Shown piece after piece: positions 53,371-64,000 of a DNA stretch of 64,000 nucleotides; position 1 is the first letter of the stretch, and each line of letters begins with the position of its first letter. Under the pieces are notes generated by a model. The model was not told where the DNA came from. It searched no databases and saw only the letters and a list, made by a program, of their open reading frames with translations. The DNA comes from Octopus vulgaris (taxonomy: Eukaryota), in contig OX597823.1 in NCBI GenBank assembly GCA_951406725.2, positions 91,016,001 to 91,080,000 on the forward strand. Reading direction: 5' to 3'. A program made the translations under genes and the position numbers.

Positions 53371-53593
53371 ACTTTAGAAATCCCTTATTCCACACCCAAA
53401 ATCAAGTTGATAGTTTCAGTCATCGGACATCGACCATACTGGAGCACTATATTTAAGGGTTTCAAGCAAATGCCCACATGAGCTCTGGATGAGAAACTTA
53501 TGCTATCGATGTCTTAAGGGGCCAAAGGAAAAAGAAATATGGTGTAAAGGAGCATACTCCAGGCAGAGGCCTATACAATATATGTTTCCTTAA

Positions 53594-54087
53594 TACAGTT
53601 CTATATTTTTATTATGGCTTGGCTTCACGAACGAAGATCAGGAAGGCTGTCCACATCGCGTGCATGCACGCTCATGACTATATTTAAGAGATGAGGAATT
53701 ATGTACATTATTTACATTATTTACATTTGACAGATATTTGTTCTCATCTTGTCTGTTGTTAACACCACGGGCATATGGTGTAGTGGTTAAGAGTGCAGGC
53801 TACTAACCCCAAGATTCCGAGTTCAATTCCAGGTAGTGACCTGAATGATAATAATAATGATAATAATAATAATAATAATAACAACAATAATAATAATAAT
53901 GATGATGATAATAATAATAATGATGATGATAATGATAACACCGAAAAATACCATAGGAATGAGAACCCAGGTTCGAAATTTCCCCAAGACACCTGAAGAA
54001 GGCTGGAGGGTTTATCAGCCGAAACATTGTGTTAACAACAAACTAGATGAAGACAAATATCTGTTAAATGCAAATAATGTAAATAAT
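53594..54087 (+). mobile_element. Second tRNA-headed HHR element (inverted tail, tRNA-like head, (AAT)n, HHR tail)
   Basis: Inverted arm 53594-53765 contains a small insertion. Head 53769-53841 has A box TGGTGTAGTGG and B box GTTCAATTCC. HHR at 53988-54033. Candidate TSD ATATATGTTTCCTT (53578-53591) / ATATATTTTTCCTT (54088-54101). Confidence 0.88.
53988..54033 (+). ncRNA. Minimal type-I hammerhead of the tRNA-headed element
   Basis: GACAC | CTGAAGA | aGGCTG gagggtttat CAGCC | GAAA | CA TT^ | GTGTT. Helix III ACAT corresponds to ACGT in the copies at 20025 and 47222. Confidence 0.8.
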
Positions 54088-54928
54088 ATATATTTTTCCT
54101 TTTTACTTGTTGTGGTCATTAGACTACGGCCATGCTGGAGCTCCACCTTAAATTTTAGTTGAATGAATTGACCCTATTACTTAGTATTTCTTTTAAGCCT
54201 TTTACTTATTCTTTTGATTTTTTTTGCAAAACTGCTAAGTCATGGGGATGTAAACACACCAACACTGGTTGTCTAATTGTGGTGGAGAACAAACACAGAC
54301 ACAAAAACACACACACATTTACATGAAGGGCTTCTTTCAGTTTCCATCCACCAAATTCCCTCACATTGTTTTGGTTGGACTAAGGCTATAGTAGAAGACA
54401 CTTGCTCTAGGTGCCATGCAGTGGGACTGAACCCAGAACCATATGGTTGGAAAACAAACATCTTACCACACAGCCACACCTGATACACATTACCATTTTA
54501 TTACAACCACCAGAATAACAAGGGGTTTATGAAAGGAAAGATTTATTTTACTCAAAATTTATGAATCAAGGGTTAGTTAAAAGTCTGAAAACAAGGATGG
54601 ACATTTTGGACAGACTTATGAAAATGATTTGGACAGGCTAAAGGCTAATCATCAAAAACTAATTAAAATTACAGCAGTAGACGATGGCTGTTGGAAACAT
54701 AGGAGGTGAGTGGGGGGCGTAGGGTAATTACTAACGAGTGCAAGCAATCATAACGTGACATCTCGTTAGAATGAAATTCCCTCTTTGGATGTCCAAGAAA
54801 TGAATTTCGAAGAGAAAAATCATAAAATGGTAAACATGCACCAAAGTTATAAGATGGAAATTTATGTTAGATAGCGTGACAAAAATATTTCCCTCTTTCC
54901 TCTTCACATCTCTTTATTAATATCTATC

Positions 54929-54997
<69 letters not shown>

Positions 54998-55207
54998 GTA
55001 TGTGTGTGTGTGTGTATATATATATATACATGCACACATGTATATTTACATATGCATATATACATATAATATACATATCTACATATTTATATATACTCAT
55101 ACACACATATATATATATGTATGCATATATACATATATCTACACCTGTATCAATATCTATTACCTTTTGTATGTATGTATGTATGTATCTATCTATCTAT
55201 CTATCTA

Positions 55208-55245
<38 letters not shown>

Positions 55246-55710
55246 CGTCTATCTCTCTGTTTATCTATCTATCTATCTATATAATATACACATACACACA
55301 CACACACATGCTGACATATATATACATGCATACATAAACACATACATATCCACATATATACACCCATACATCTATACAATTACAAACACAAACACATACC
55401 AAAATGCCAGCACAGCGACTTGCTTGCATGTACAAATACAACATTTCAAGCCATGAAATTTATAACTTTTATGTTCGCAATCAAAGCCGTAAATTACATT
55501 AATCATTAGTCATTAGTCACTAGTTTGTAGGTTTACATATTTGTTGTTTGTTGTTGATTGCAACTTTTTGTTGTTTTCTTAAATTTTGGTGTTTGTTTAT
55601 TTGTCTATTAATGGTCTTATTTTATGGGTTGGTACAATCTGTTTAAAACTCTCTGTTTTATGATGTACTTCACAAATATTTACATGTGGATATATACATA
55701 TATACACACA

Positions 55711-55748
<38 letters not shown>

Positions 55749-56348
55749 CATGTATGTATCGTGGCATCAGTGCCAGGTAGTGATTAGGTATAAACAAACT
55801 TTAAGTTAATTAAAATATGTTTGTGACATATTTAAACTTCTAAAGGCAAATTCACTACAGTTACCATGGAGAAAAAAATTCTCTCTTGTGGTAAAAGTGT
55901 GGAAACATATCTGTCCAGTGTAAAAACATCATATCTGGCCAAGAAGATACCCAGATGCACGTTTCTGGCCCTCGAGTCTTCCTCAATGGGAAATATTGAA
56001 GAGAAATAACCCTAGGCTGATTCTAAGCCGTAGCTTTCTACACAAGCATATTTTAGGTAACTTGTAATTTATTTATTTCTAATCCCTGTTTAGTGCTGAT
56101 GCTGCTGTTGCTGTTGAGCGAACGGTCTTCGTCCCAGAGCTTGCAAGATGGGAGAAGTCCGAAACGTGGTCCTTTGCTATTCGTAAGACCCACAGAAGAG
56201 AAAGCAGGTCAACCCCCGACACCGAGAGCATCGACGGATGGATGAATGTGCATCCAGGCTCAACGGTTGCATAGGAAGTTGGGGACAAGAAACAGGAAGA
56301 AATAATACCTTAGTGTCACTTTGATAGCATGCACTAATCTCTCACTCA

Positions 56349-56400
<52 letters not shown>

Positions 56401-56652
56401 TAATTACACCAACAAACACCATCAATAGTAATAATAATGGCTTCAAATTTTGTCACAAGGGCAGCCATTTTGGGGGAGGCTATTTAGTTGATTACATCGA
56501 CCCCAGTGTGTAACTGGTACTTAATTTATCAACCCCGAAAAGATGAAAGGCAAAGTCAACCTGGGCAGAATTTGAACTCAGAACTTTGCGTCAGACGAAA
56601 TACCAATAATCATTTCACCTAACATGCTAACAATTCTGCCAGCTTACTGCCC

Positions 56653-56714
<62 letters not shown>

Positions 56715-56737
56715 GTAATAGTAATAATAATGATAAC

Positions 56738-56801
<64 letters not shown>

Positions 56802-57340
56802 GTAATAATTTTAATTTCGTTATTGCCCACAGGGGGCTAAACATAGAGGGGACTAACAAGGACAGACAAGGGGATTAAGTTGATTATTTCGACCCCAGTG
56901 ATTAATTGGTACTTATTTAATTGACCCCGAATGGATGAATGGCAAAGTCGACCTCGGCAGAATTTGAACTCAGAACGTAACGATAATGACGATGATGATG
57001 ATCATGGGTGTGATGATGATGATAGTTATTTTACAACATAGACTGAAGGCCTGATATTTTGGTGGAGTGGGTCTAGTGGGTTACATTAGCCCCTGTGCTC
57101 AACTGCTACTTAATCTATTGACCCTGAACAGGAAAACAAAAAGGCAAAATTGACTTTGGCAGGGTTTGAACTCAGAACATTAAGAGCTGGAAGAAATGAT
57201 TCTAAGCATTTTGGCTGGTGTCCTAATAACTCTGTCAGATCACCACCACCACCACCGCCACAACCACCACCACCACCACCACCACCACCACCACCACTAC
57301 AACTACTACTACCACCACCACCACCACCACCACCACCACC

Positions 57341-57374
<34 letters not shown>

Positions 57375-58360
57375 TTGTTGTTGCTGCTAACAACAACAAC
57401 AACACTCCTACCAATAATAATAATGATAATGATGATTGTTTGTAATTGAAGCACAAGGGCAGAACTCTGGTAGGGAACATGTTAGACTCTTATATTAATC
57501 CTGGTAGCTGACAAGTATTTTATTTTATAAACCCCATCCCCGGAAAATAAAAGACACAAGTGACTCTGGTGAGATTTGAACTCAAAACATAAATGAACAT
57601 AGTTAAATATCACAAGGGTTTTTTTTTTGTCTGATAACCTTTATGAATCCTGGTGGTGATTTATTCAACAACTATAAGGTTGAAGAGGGTTGTTTCTATT
57701 CAGATTTGTACATGTGAAAGAGGACCTCTGTAAAACAAATGAAAGGCAGCCAAGTGTATGAAAGCACTTAAACGGAGGAAGAGCCTGTAGCATCGCTTCC
57801 TCTCTTCTATCTTATTCTTGCTCCATTAAATTAAAAGCCTTTGCCAAAATAATAATGTATTTTTCATGTTTCATTGTTGCTCGATTGCTGTCAGGCACAG
57901 AGAACAAAGGAATATCAAGCCCTTTTTAACACAAGACCTAAGATTGTTCTTGGTCTCATTTAACAAACACCCCTTCAACTCCATTTAAATCTAAATGTTC
58001 ATATTTAAATGGCAACACAATAAAACTCTTATATTTCTTCCAGAAGAGATGTTGTTTTAGTTTAGTGCCAGCTCCACTCTGATGTTCAACAAACCAATGA
58101 TCAAAACCATTCCAGTTCTAAACATCTTGTCTTCCTTTCAGGTGATGCATCAATGGTTTCATTATTCAAAACATCCTTATTTTCTTACGACAGTAGGGGC
58201 AGTTTTTCGGCAGGATTTGGTGGCTACTTTTACCATGTGAATCACCCACCTTGGTTTCAAATTTCAACACAAGGCTAGCTATTTAAGGGGAGGGGCCCAG
58301 TCGATTACACTGACCTCAGTGATCAAATGATACCTATTTCATTGACACTGAAATAATTAA

Positions 58361-58583
58361 CCCATTACGTCCCACTGTCCTATAAACAGGACACTAAATG
58401 AGAACATTAAATAAGCTATATCACATTGTCTCAGTGTCCTATTTATAGGACACCGAGTATTTCCATTTCTACTTGAAGTAAAGGAGTTTTAATAATTATT
58501 TTTTTCATTTTAATCTATTTTCAATCATCTGTAAACATTTAAAAGTAATCTTCAGAAATTTAAGTACTCTGGGACTTAATGGG
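58361..58583. mobile_element. piggyBac-type MITE nested in a family B SINE
   Basis: TTAA|CCCATTACGTCCCA...TGGGACTTAATGGG|TTAA, with an internal inverted pair TGTCCTATAAAyAGGACACT. Confidence 0.88.
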
Positions 58584-58981
58584 TTAAAGGCAAAGTTGAT
58601 TTTGGTAGGGTTTGAACTCAGAATGTAAACACAGATGAAATGCAGCTAAGAGTTCTGCCAGGCAAGCTAATAATTCTGTCAGTTTGTGCTCTTGTTAACT
58701 ATCTGTATTGGCTGGTATTTCTAGATAAAATATCTTTGCTTTTTCACCCTGGGTCAAGCCAGGAAAATCCTGCCACCGGTACCATTGGAAGCCTGTACTA
58801 CCTGTGTCAGTGTTGGGTGGTCAGTGACTCAATTGCCCACTCCCTCATTAAGTTTGCCCGGTGAGGAAGGTATTGTGAACCTGTCAAAGGAGAGAGGAAC
58901 AAGATTGTCTGAAACAGCTGTAAGGCTATAATGCCCAAGCACAATTATTGAGCCCATTATTTATACTTACATATACATACA

Positions 58982-59033
<52 letters not shown>

Positions 59034-59296
59034 TATAGGTTTAGTGATGCAAACAGATAAAGTACAACTGAAAACAAGAGTGTATATATTTTTTTATTAA
59101 TGTTTTGCAGAATTACAGAGTGATTCAAAAGTGTTGTGTATCGGCACTAGTTTGATATGTAGCAACACGCACAAAGTCCTCAGCCCTTGAGTCACTCTGT
59201 AACTTCTGGCACATTTTAATAAAACACATTATTATCATCATCATCATCATCCTCATCATCATCATCATCATCATCGTCATCATCATCGTCGTCATT

Positions 59297-59332
<36 letters not shown>

Positions 59333-59551
59333 GTCATCATCATTATCATCATCATCATCGTCGTCGTCGTCGTCATCATCATCATCATCGTTGTCGTCGT
59401 CATCATCATCATCACCAACATCATCACCATCATCATCATCATCATCACCGTCACCATCATCATCACCATCACCATCATCATCATCATCATCACCATCATT
59501 ATCATCTTCATCATCATCATCATCATCACCATCATCATCATCACCGTCACC

Positions 59552-59604
<53 letters not shown>

Positions 59605-60418
59605 TTGTTCTCCATGCTGGCAGGCATCGGACAGTTTAACAGGAGCTAGCAAGGTGGAGGTTTGCACCCAGTTCCTCTGTCTGTTTTGGCACAGTTTTAT
59701 ACAGATGGATGCCCTTCCTAACACCAGCCCCACTTTACAAAGTGTCCTGGGTGCTCTTTACAAGGTACCAGCCCAACAAGATATCTAAGTCACCTCCTTT
59801 TAAGTTTCCCCCCCACACACACACACACCTTTCTGTACACACACAAGATATTTCTGCTGAAAATATTAAATTCCTGTTTTCTCTATGAAGCAACTACTTA
59901 CAGCAAAATCAGTTTGAGATATCTTGAGAATAAAGACCTCCTTCAGATTATGGTTGAGGTCTCTTTTGTACACCCATAGTTGTTTATTCCTTATTAAAGT
60001 AACTGTAGGTAATCAATACTTATCATCCTATTTGTTTTGATGTTGTGTTTGAGTGTTACCCATGTAAACAACATAAACTATGGAATAACATTGAAGACAT
60101 AATTGAACCGTTTAACTTTATGAAACAGTTTTCTGGAAATCTTTAAATTTAGACTTAAATAAAGAAAAAAATATTTATAAAGTGTGAATGTGTGGAATTT
60201 CTGTATATTTTTTTTTTGTTTTCAAAACTTGGTAAACGAATGGTAAGAAAATTAATTTAATTAGTATGTATTTCAAGAGCTGTTAGCTAAATAGCTCGTT
60301 AAACGCATGCAAAACAACTTAATCTTGCTATTACTGCTTTAAAAAAACAACAAAAACTTATGACATATATACACATTTACACTGGAACCCAAACATATGT
60401 GGTTTTATCTCTAATTTA

Positions 60419-60449
<31 letters not shown>

Positions 60450-61419
60450 GAATATAACACACATATACATGCATACCTATTTTCTTACGAAAATGCAAGA
60501 GAATCCATATGTACATATACATGCACATATATATGTCTTTACATATGTATATATGTATGTGCGTGTATATATATATATATACATGCATTCATACATACAT
60601 ACATACACATAAATCCATTTATCCATCAATATTTTCTTATATATATATATATATGTATGTATGTGTGTGTGTATACTTATATACATGTATATATTCATAT
60701 ATGTGCATACATTTATATGTGTGGGTGTATATATATATGTGTGTGTGTGTGTGGATGTATGTACGTATGAATGAATATATATGCATAAATCATTATGCAG
60801 AAGGTGATTACGACAGCGAATCAATCGATGCCGTGTGTGTGTGTGTGTGCGTCTACATATATGCACACACACACACACACACATGATGGTGATGATGATC
60901 CAAGATAAGGAAATATTGTCTGCAGCCAATGAAGCAAACTCATATTTATGCTCTGTTATGTCGTTTCTTAAATTCAATTCCAAACACTGACTTAATATAT
61001 TTAATCAATAAATGCAAAGACAATATAGAAGCCTCTACAAGGTCACTCAATGTGCTAGAAATAACAACCAAACTCCCTGGAATCTGATCCAACTTTTCAT
61101 CATCATCATCATCGTTGTCGTTGTTGTTGTCATTTAACGTCCGCTTTCCATATGATAGAAAAAACATCCATCCAAAGCGGCAAGTTGGCACAATTGTTAA
61201 CACGCTGGGCGAAATGCTTAGTGGTATTTCGTCTGCCACTACGTTCTGAGTTCAAATTGTGCTGAGGTCGACTTTACCTTTCATCCTTTCGGGGTTGATT
61301 AAATAAGTACCAGTTACACACTGAGGTCGATATAATCGACTTAATCCATTTGTCTGTCCTTGTTTGTCCCCTCTGTGTGTAGACCCTTGTGGGCAGTAAA
61401 GAAATAAGAAAGAGCATCC

Positions 61420-61710
61420 ATCCATTTTCTTTGCCCACAATCTTTGGGAGGATTCACTGGGGTAGTGTCCTCAAGCACATCTTCCACATGGCCCTTACAG
61501 AGCGCAACCTTTGTTACACTTTTCCAACCATATTCCCAAGGGTGACTGACTGAGACTTGGGATAGTATCCAACCATTTTGTTCTTGGTGTATCCTTAAGG
61601 CTCCTGCTTGTTGGCTCAGCTCGAAGAATCCATCTTGTAATTCTTTCCTCTGACAATCTAATCACATGTCCGTTGTACTGGAACTGTGACCTCTCAATTA
61701 CTAGTGTAGA
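61420..61710 (-). pseudogene. RTE LINE ORF C-terminus and 3' end, decayed
   Basis: IERSQFQYNGHVIRLSEERITRWILRAEPTSRS..PRTKWLDTI matches the RTE pattern R.L.W.GHV.R...R..GRP...W.D. Confidence 0.75.
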
Positions 61711-62135
61711 TGGTGGGGGGGTTAGGAACAGTCCGCCCCCAAGCAGAACTTTTGGATATGTGTTTTTTGTGGGGTCCGGGGAGAGCAAGTGGAAGGGCTG
61801 TCCTGGGTGGCATGCACTCTAGCTATGCTAGTGCTCTCAATGCAGACGAGAAGCAGCTCAACCTGCAAAGAATTCCTTTTCTTTGAACTCCACATTCTGT
61901 CAAATAATATTACTCTAAAGATCCTATGAAGGGACTCCATTTTGGCCAATTGTACATAGGTGCAGGTGTAGCTGTGTGGTAAGAAAATAGCTTCCAAACC
62001 ACATCGTTCCAGGTTCAGTCTCACTGCATGGCACTTGGGCAAGTTTCTTCTACTATAGCCTCAGGCCGACCAAAGCCTTGTGAGCCGATTTGGTTGATAG
62101 AAACTGAAAGAAGCCTGTAGAATTATATATGTATT

Positions 62136-62166
<31 letters not shown>

Positions 62167-63295
62167 CTATATATCATCATTATCATCATCATCATCATCA
62201 TCGTTTAACGTCTGTTTTCCATGCTGGCATGGGTTGGACGGTTCGACTAGGGTCTGGAAAGCCAGGAGGCTGCACCAGGCCTCAATCTGATCTGGCAGTG
62301 ATTCTACAGCTGGATGTTCTTCCTAACGTCAACCATTCTGAGAGTATGGGGAGTCAGTTGCGGGTACTGGCAATGACCATGTCCGAATGGTACTTTTTAC
62401 ATGTCACTGGTACAGGAGTCAGTCAGGTGCCACTGGCATTGACCACACTTGAATGGTAGTTTTTATGTGTCACTGGTAAAGAAGCCAGTCAGGTGGAAGT
62501 GGCAATGACCAAACTTGAATGGTGCCTTTTGTGTGCCACCAGAGTGGAAGCCAGTCAGGCAGCACTGGCAACGACTATGCTTGAATGGTGCTTTTTATGT
62601 GGCACCAGCACGGGAGCAAGTCAGGGGGATCTGGCATCGACCATGTTTGAATGGTGCTTTTTACGTGCCACACTTTTTACGTGCCACACTTAAATGGTGC
62701 TTTAATAATAATAATAATAATGGCTTCAAATTTTGGCACAAGGCCAGCAATTTGGTAGGAGGACATAAGTTAATTACATCAACCCTGGTACACAACTGGT
62801 ACTTTATTTTATCGACTCTGAAAGGATGAAAGGCAAAGTCAGCCTTAGCAGGATTTGAACTCAGAATGCACTAAGCATTTTGCCCAACATACTAACAGTT
62901 CTGCCAGCTCGCCGCCTCGTTCCAAACCAATATATAAACAACAGGTTTAAATCTTCAATGAGACCCTTTGCTATCTTTAAACACTTCACCATTATAGTTT
63001 CCTGCGATGCTATTTAGACAAAGGGTCCATTTAGTAGTGCTCACTTTATTCACAACAAAATCTAAATAACACAAACAACAACAATAACAAAAACGAACAA
63101 AAAAAATAAAATAAAAGACAAGCAAGAACCAACCTAATATTCAGTTTCAAATACCAAATTCCAATTTCAGAATCGTTTCCATCAATCTTTCATGAAAATG
63201 GAAGAATTACTTTCAGTTTTCTTTTGCAATATTTTTTCATGTAAACTTATTTTTTTATATTTTGTGTCTACCTACATTATTATTATTGCTGATAC

Positions 63296-63349
<54 letters not shown>

Positions 63350-63410
63350 CATCACCACTATCATCATTAATATTATTATCATCATTATCATCATCATTGT
63401 CATCACCGCG

Positions 63411-63448
<38 letters not shown>

Positions 63449-63613
63449 GATGATGATGATGATGATGATGATCATCATCATCATCATCATCACCACTATT
63501 GTCATCATTATTATTATCACCACCAACATTATCATCATCGTTATTACTATTAACCGCCCCACCATCACCATCATCATCATCATCATCATCACAATGATTA
63601 TTATTATTATTAC

Positions 63614-63668
<55 letters not shown>

Positions 63669-64000
63669 GAGTTTCAGAAATTTGTTCCGGAAAAGCAACC
63701 AAAGAGAATTTGTCTCTGATAACATTATTTTTCTCTTGTTGTTTTGTTTTATTTTATTTTATTTTTTTAATTTTTAAAAATTTTTTTGTTGCTTTGTGTT
63801 TTCGTTGTTGTTTTTTTTCTTTTCTTTTTCTAGTTATTATTGTGTTTTGTGTTTGAAGTCGCTTCTCGTCTGATAAATTAATTTTATTAAACATCTTGTC
63901 CTCAGAAGCCCTCCAGTTTTTAGCGATGTCAGTTGCTGTTACTCTTAACCCATGCTGTTGTTGTTGTTGTTGTTGTTGTTGCTGCTGTTAATGTTAATAT

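Noticed and set aside
53769-53841. Functional tRNA gene (ACT anticodon), also at 19600-19672
   Set aside because: The acceptor stem pairs poorly, the copies are diverged, and both are embedded in the same repeat; treated as a tRNA-derived promoter module.
58855-58926. HHR relic ending GAAACAGCTGTAAGGC
   Set aside because: Only the 3' half is recognisable; the core and helix II are too degenerate.
62360-62700. Regularly spaced repeats resembling a CRISPR array
   Set aside because: The whole ~66-bp unit is repeated with no unique spacers, there are no cas genes, and the context is a eukaryotic SINE.

Overview
AT-rich, repeat-saturated animal genomic DNA with no supportable host protein-coding exon. 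The SINE families and the density of (TA)n/(AAT)n/(ATC)n microsatellites suggest an octopus or other coleoid cephalopod; this is my inference and was not checked. Almost all ORFs in the track are microsatellite or SINE artefacts. Real coding relics are all retroelements: three Penelope-like elements (PLEs; RT plus C-terminal GIY-YIG, two with a Neptune-type Cys linker), four restriction-like-endonuclease non-LTR fragments (R4/Dong, HERO/NeSL type), and RTE and CR1-type 3' ends. There are at least five tRNA-derived or RTE-tailed SINE families, hAT and piggyBac MITEs and a probable Helitron. The main hidden signal is RNA-level: about a dozen minimal type-I hammerhead ribozyme (HHR) motifs with palindromic helix III, from about seven unrelated families. 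They include U3-A8 covariant cores and a non-coding element that joins a tRNA-like Pol III head, an (AAT)n spacer and an HHR tail. That element is inserted with PLE-style tandem/inverted architecture and TSDs, and one inverted arm ends at the predicted self-cleavage site. It is a candidate Penelope-mobilised, ribozyme-processed SINE or retrozyme. All folds and alignments were done by eye.
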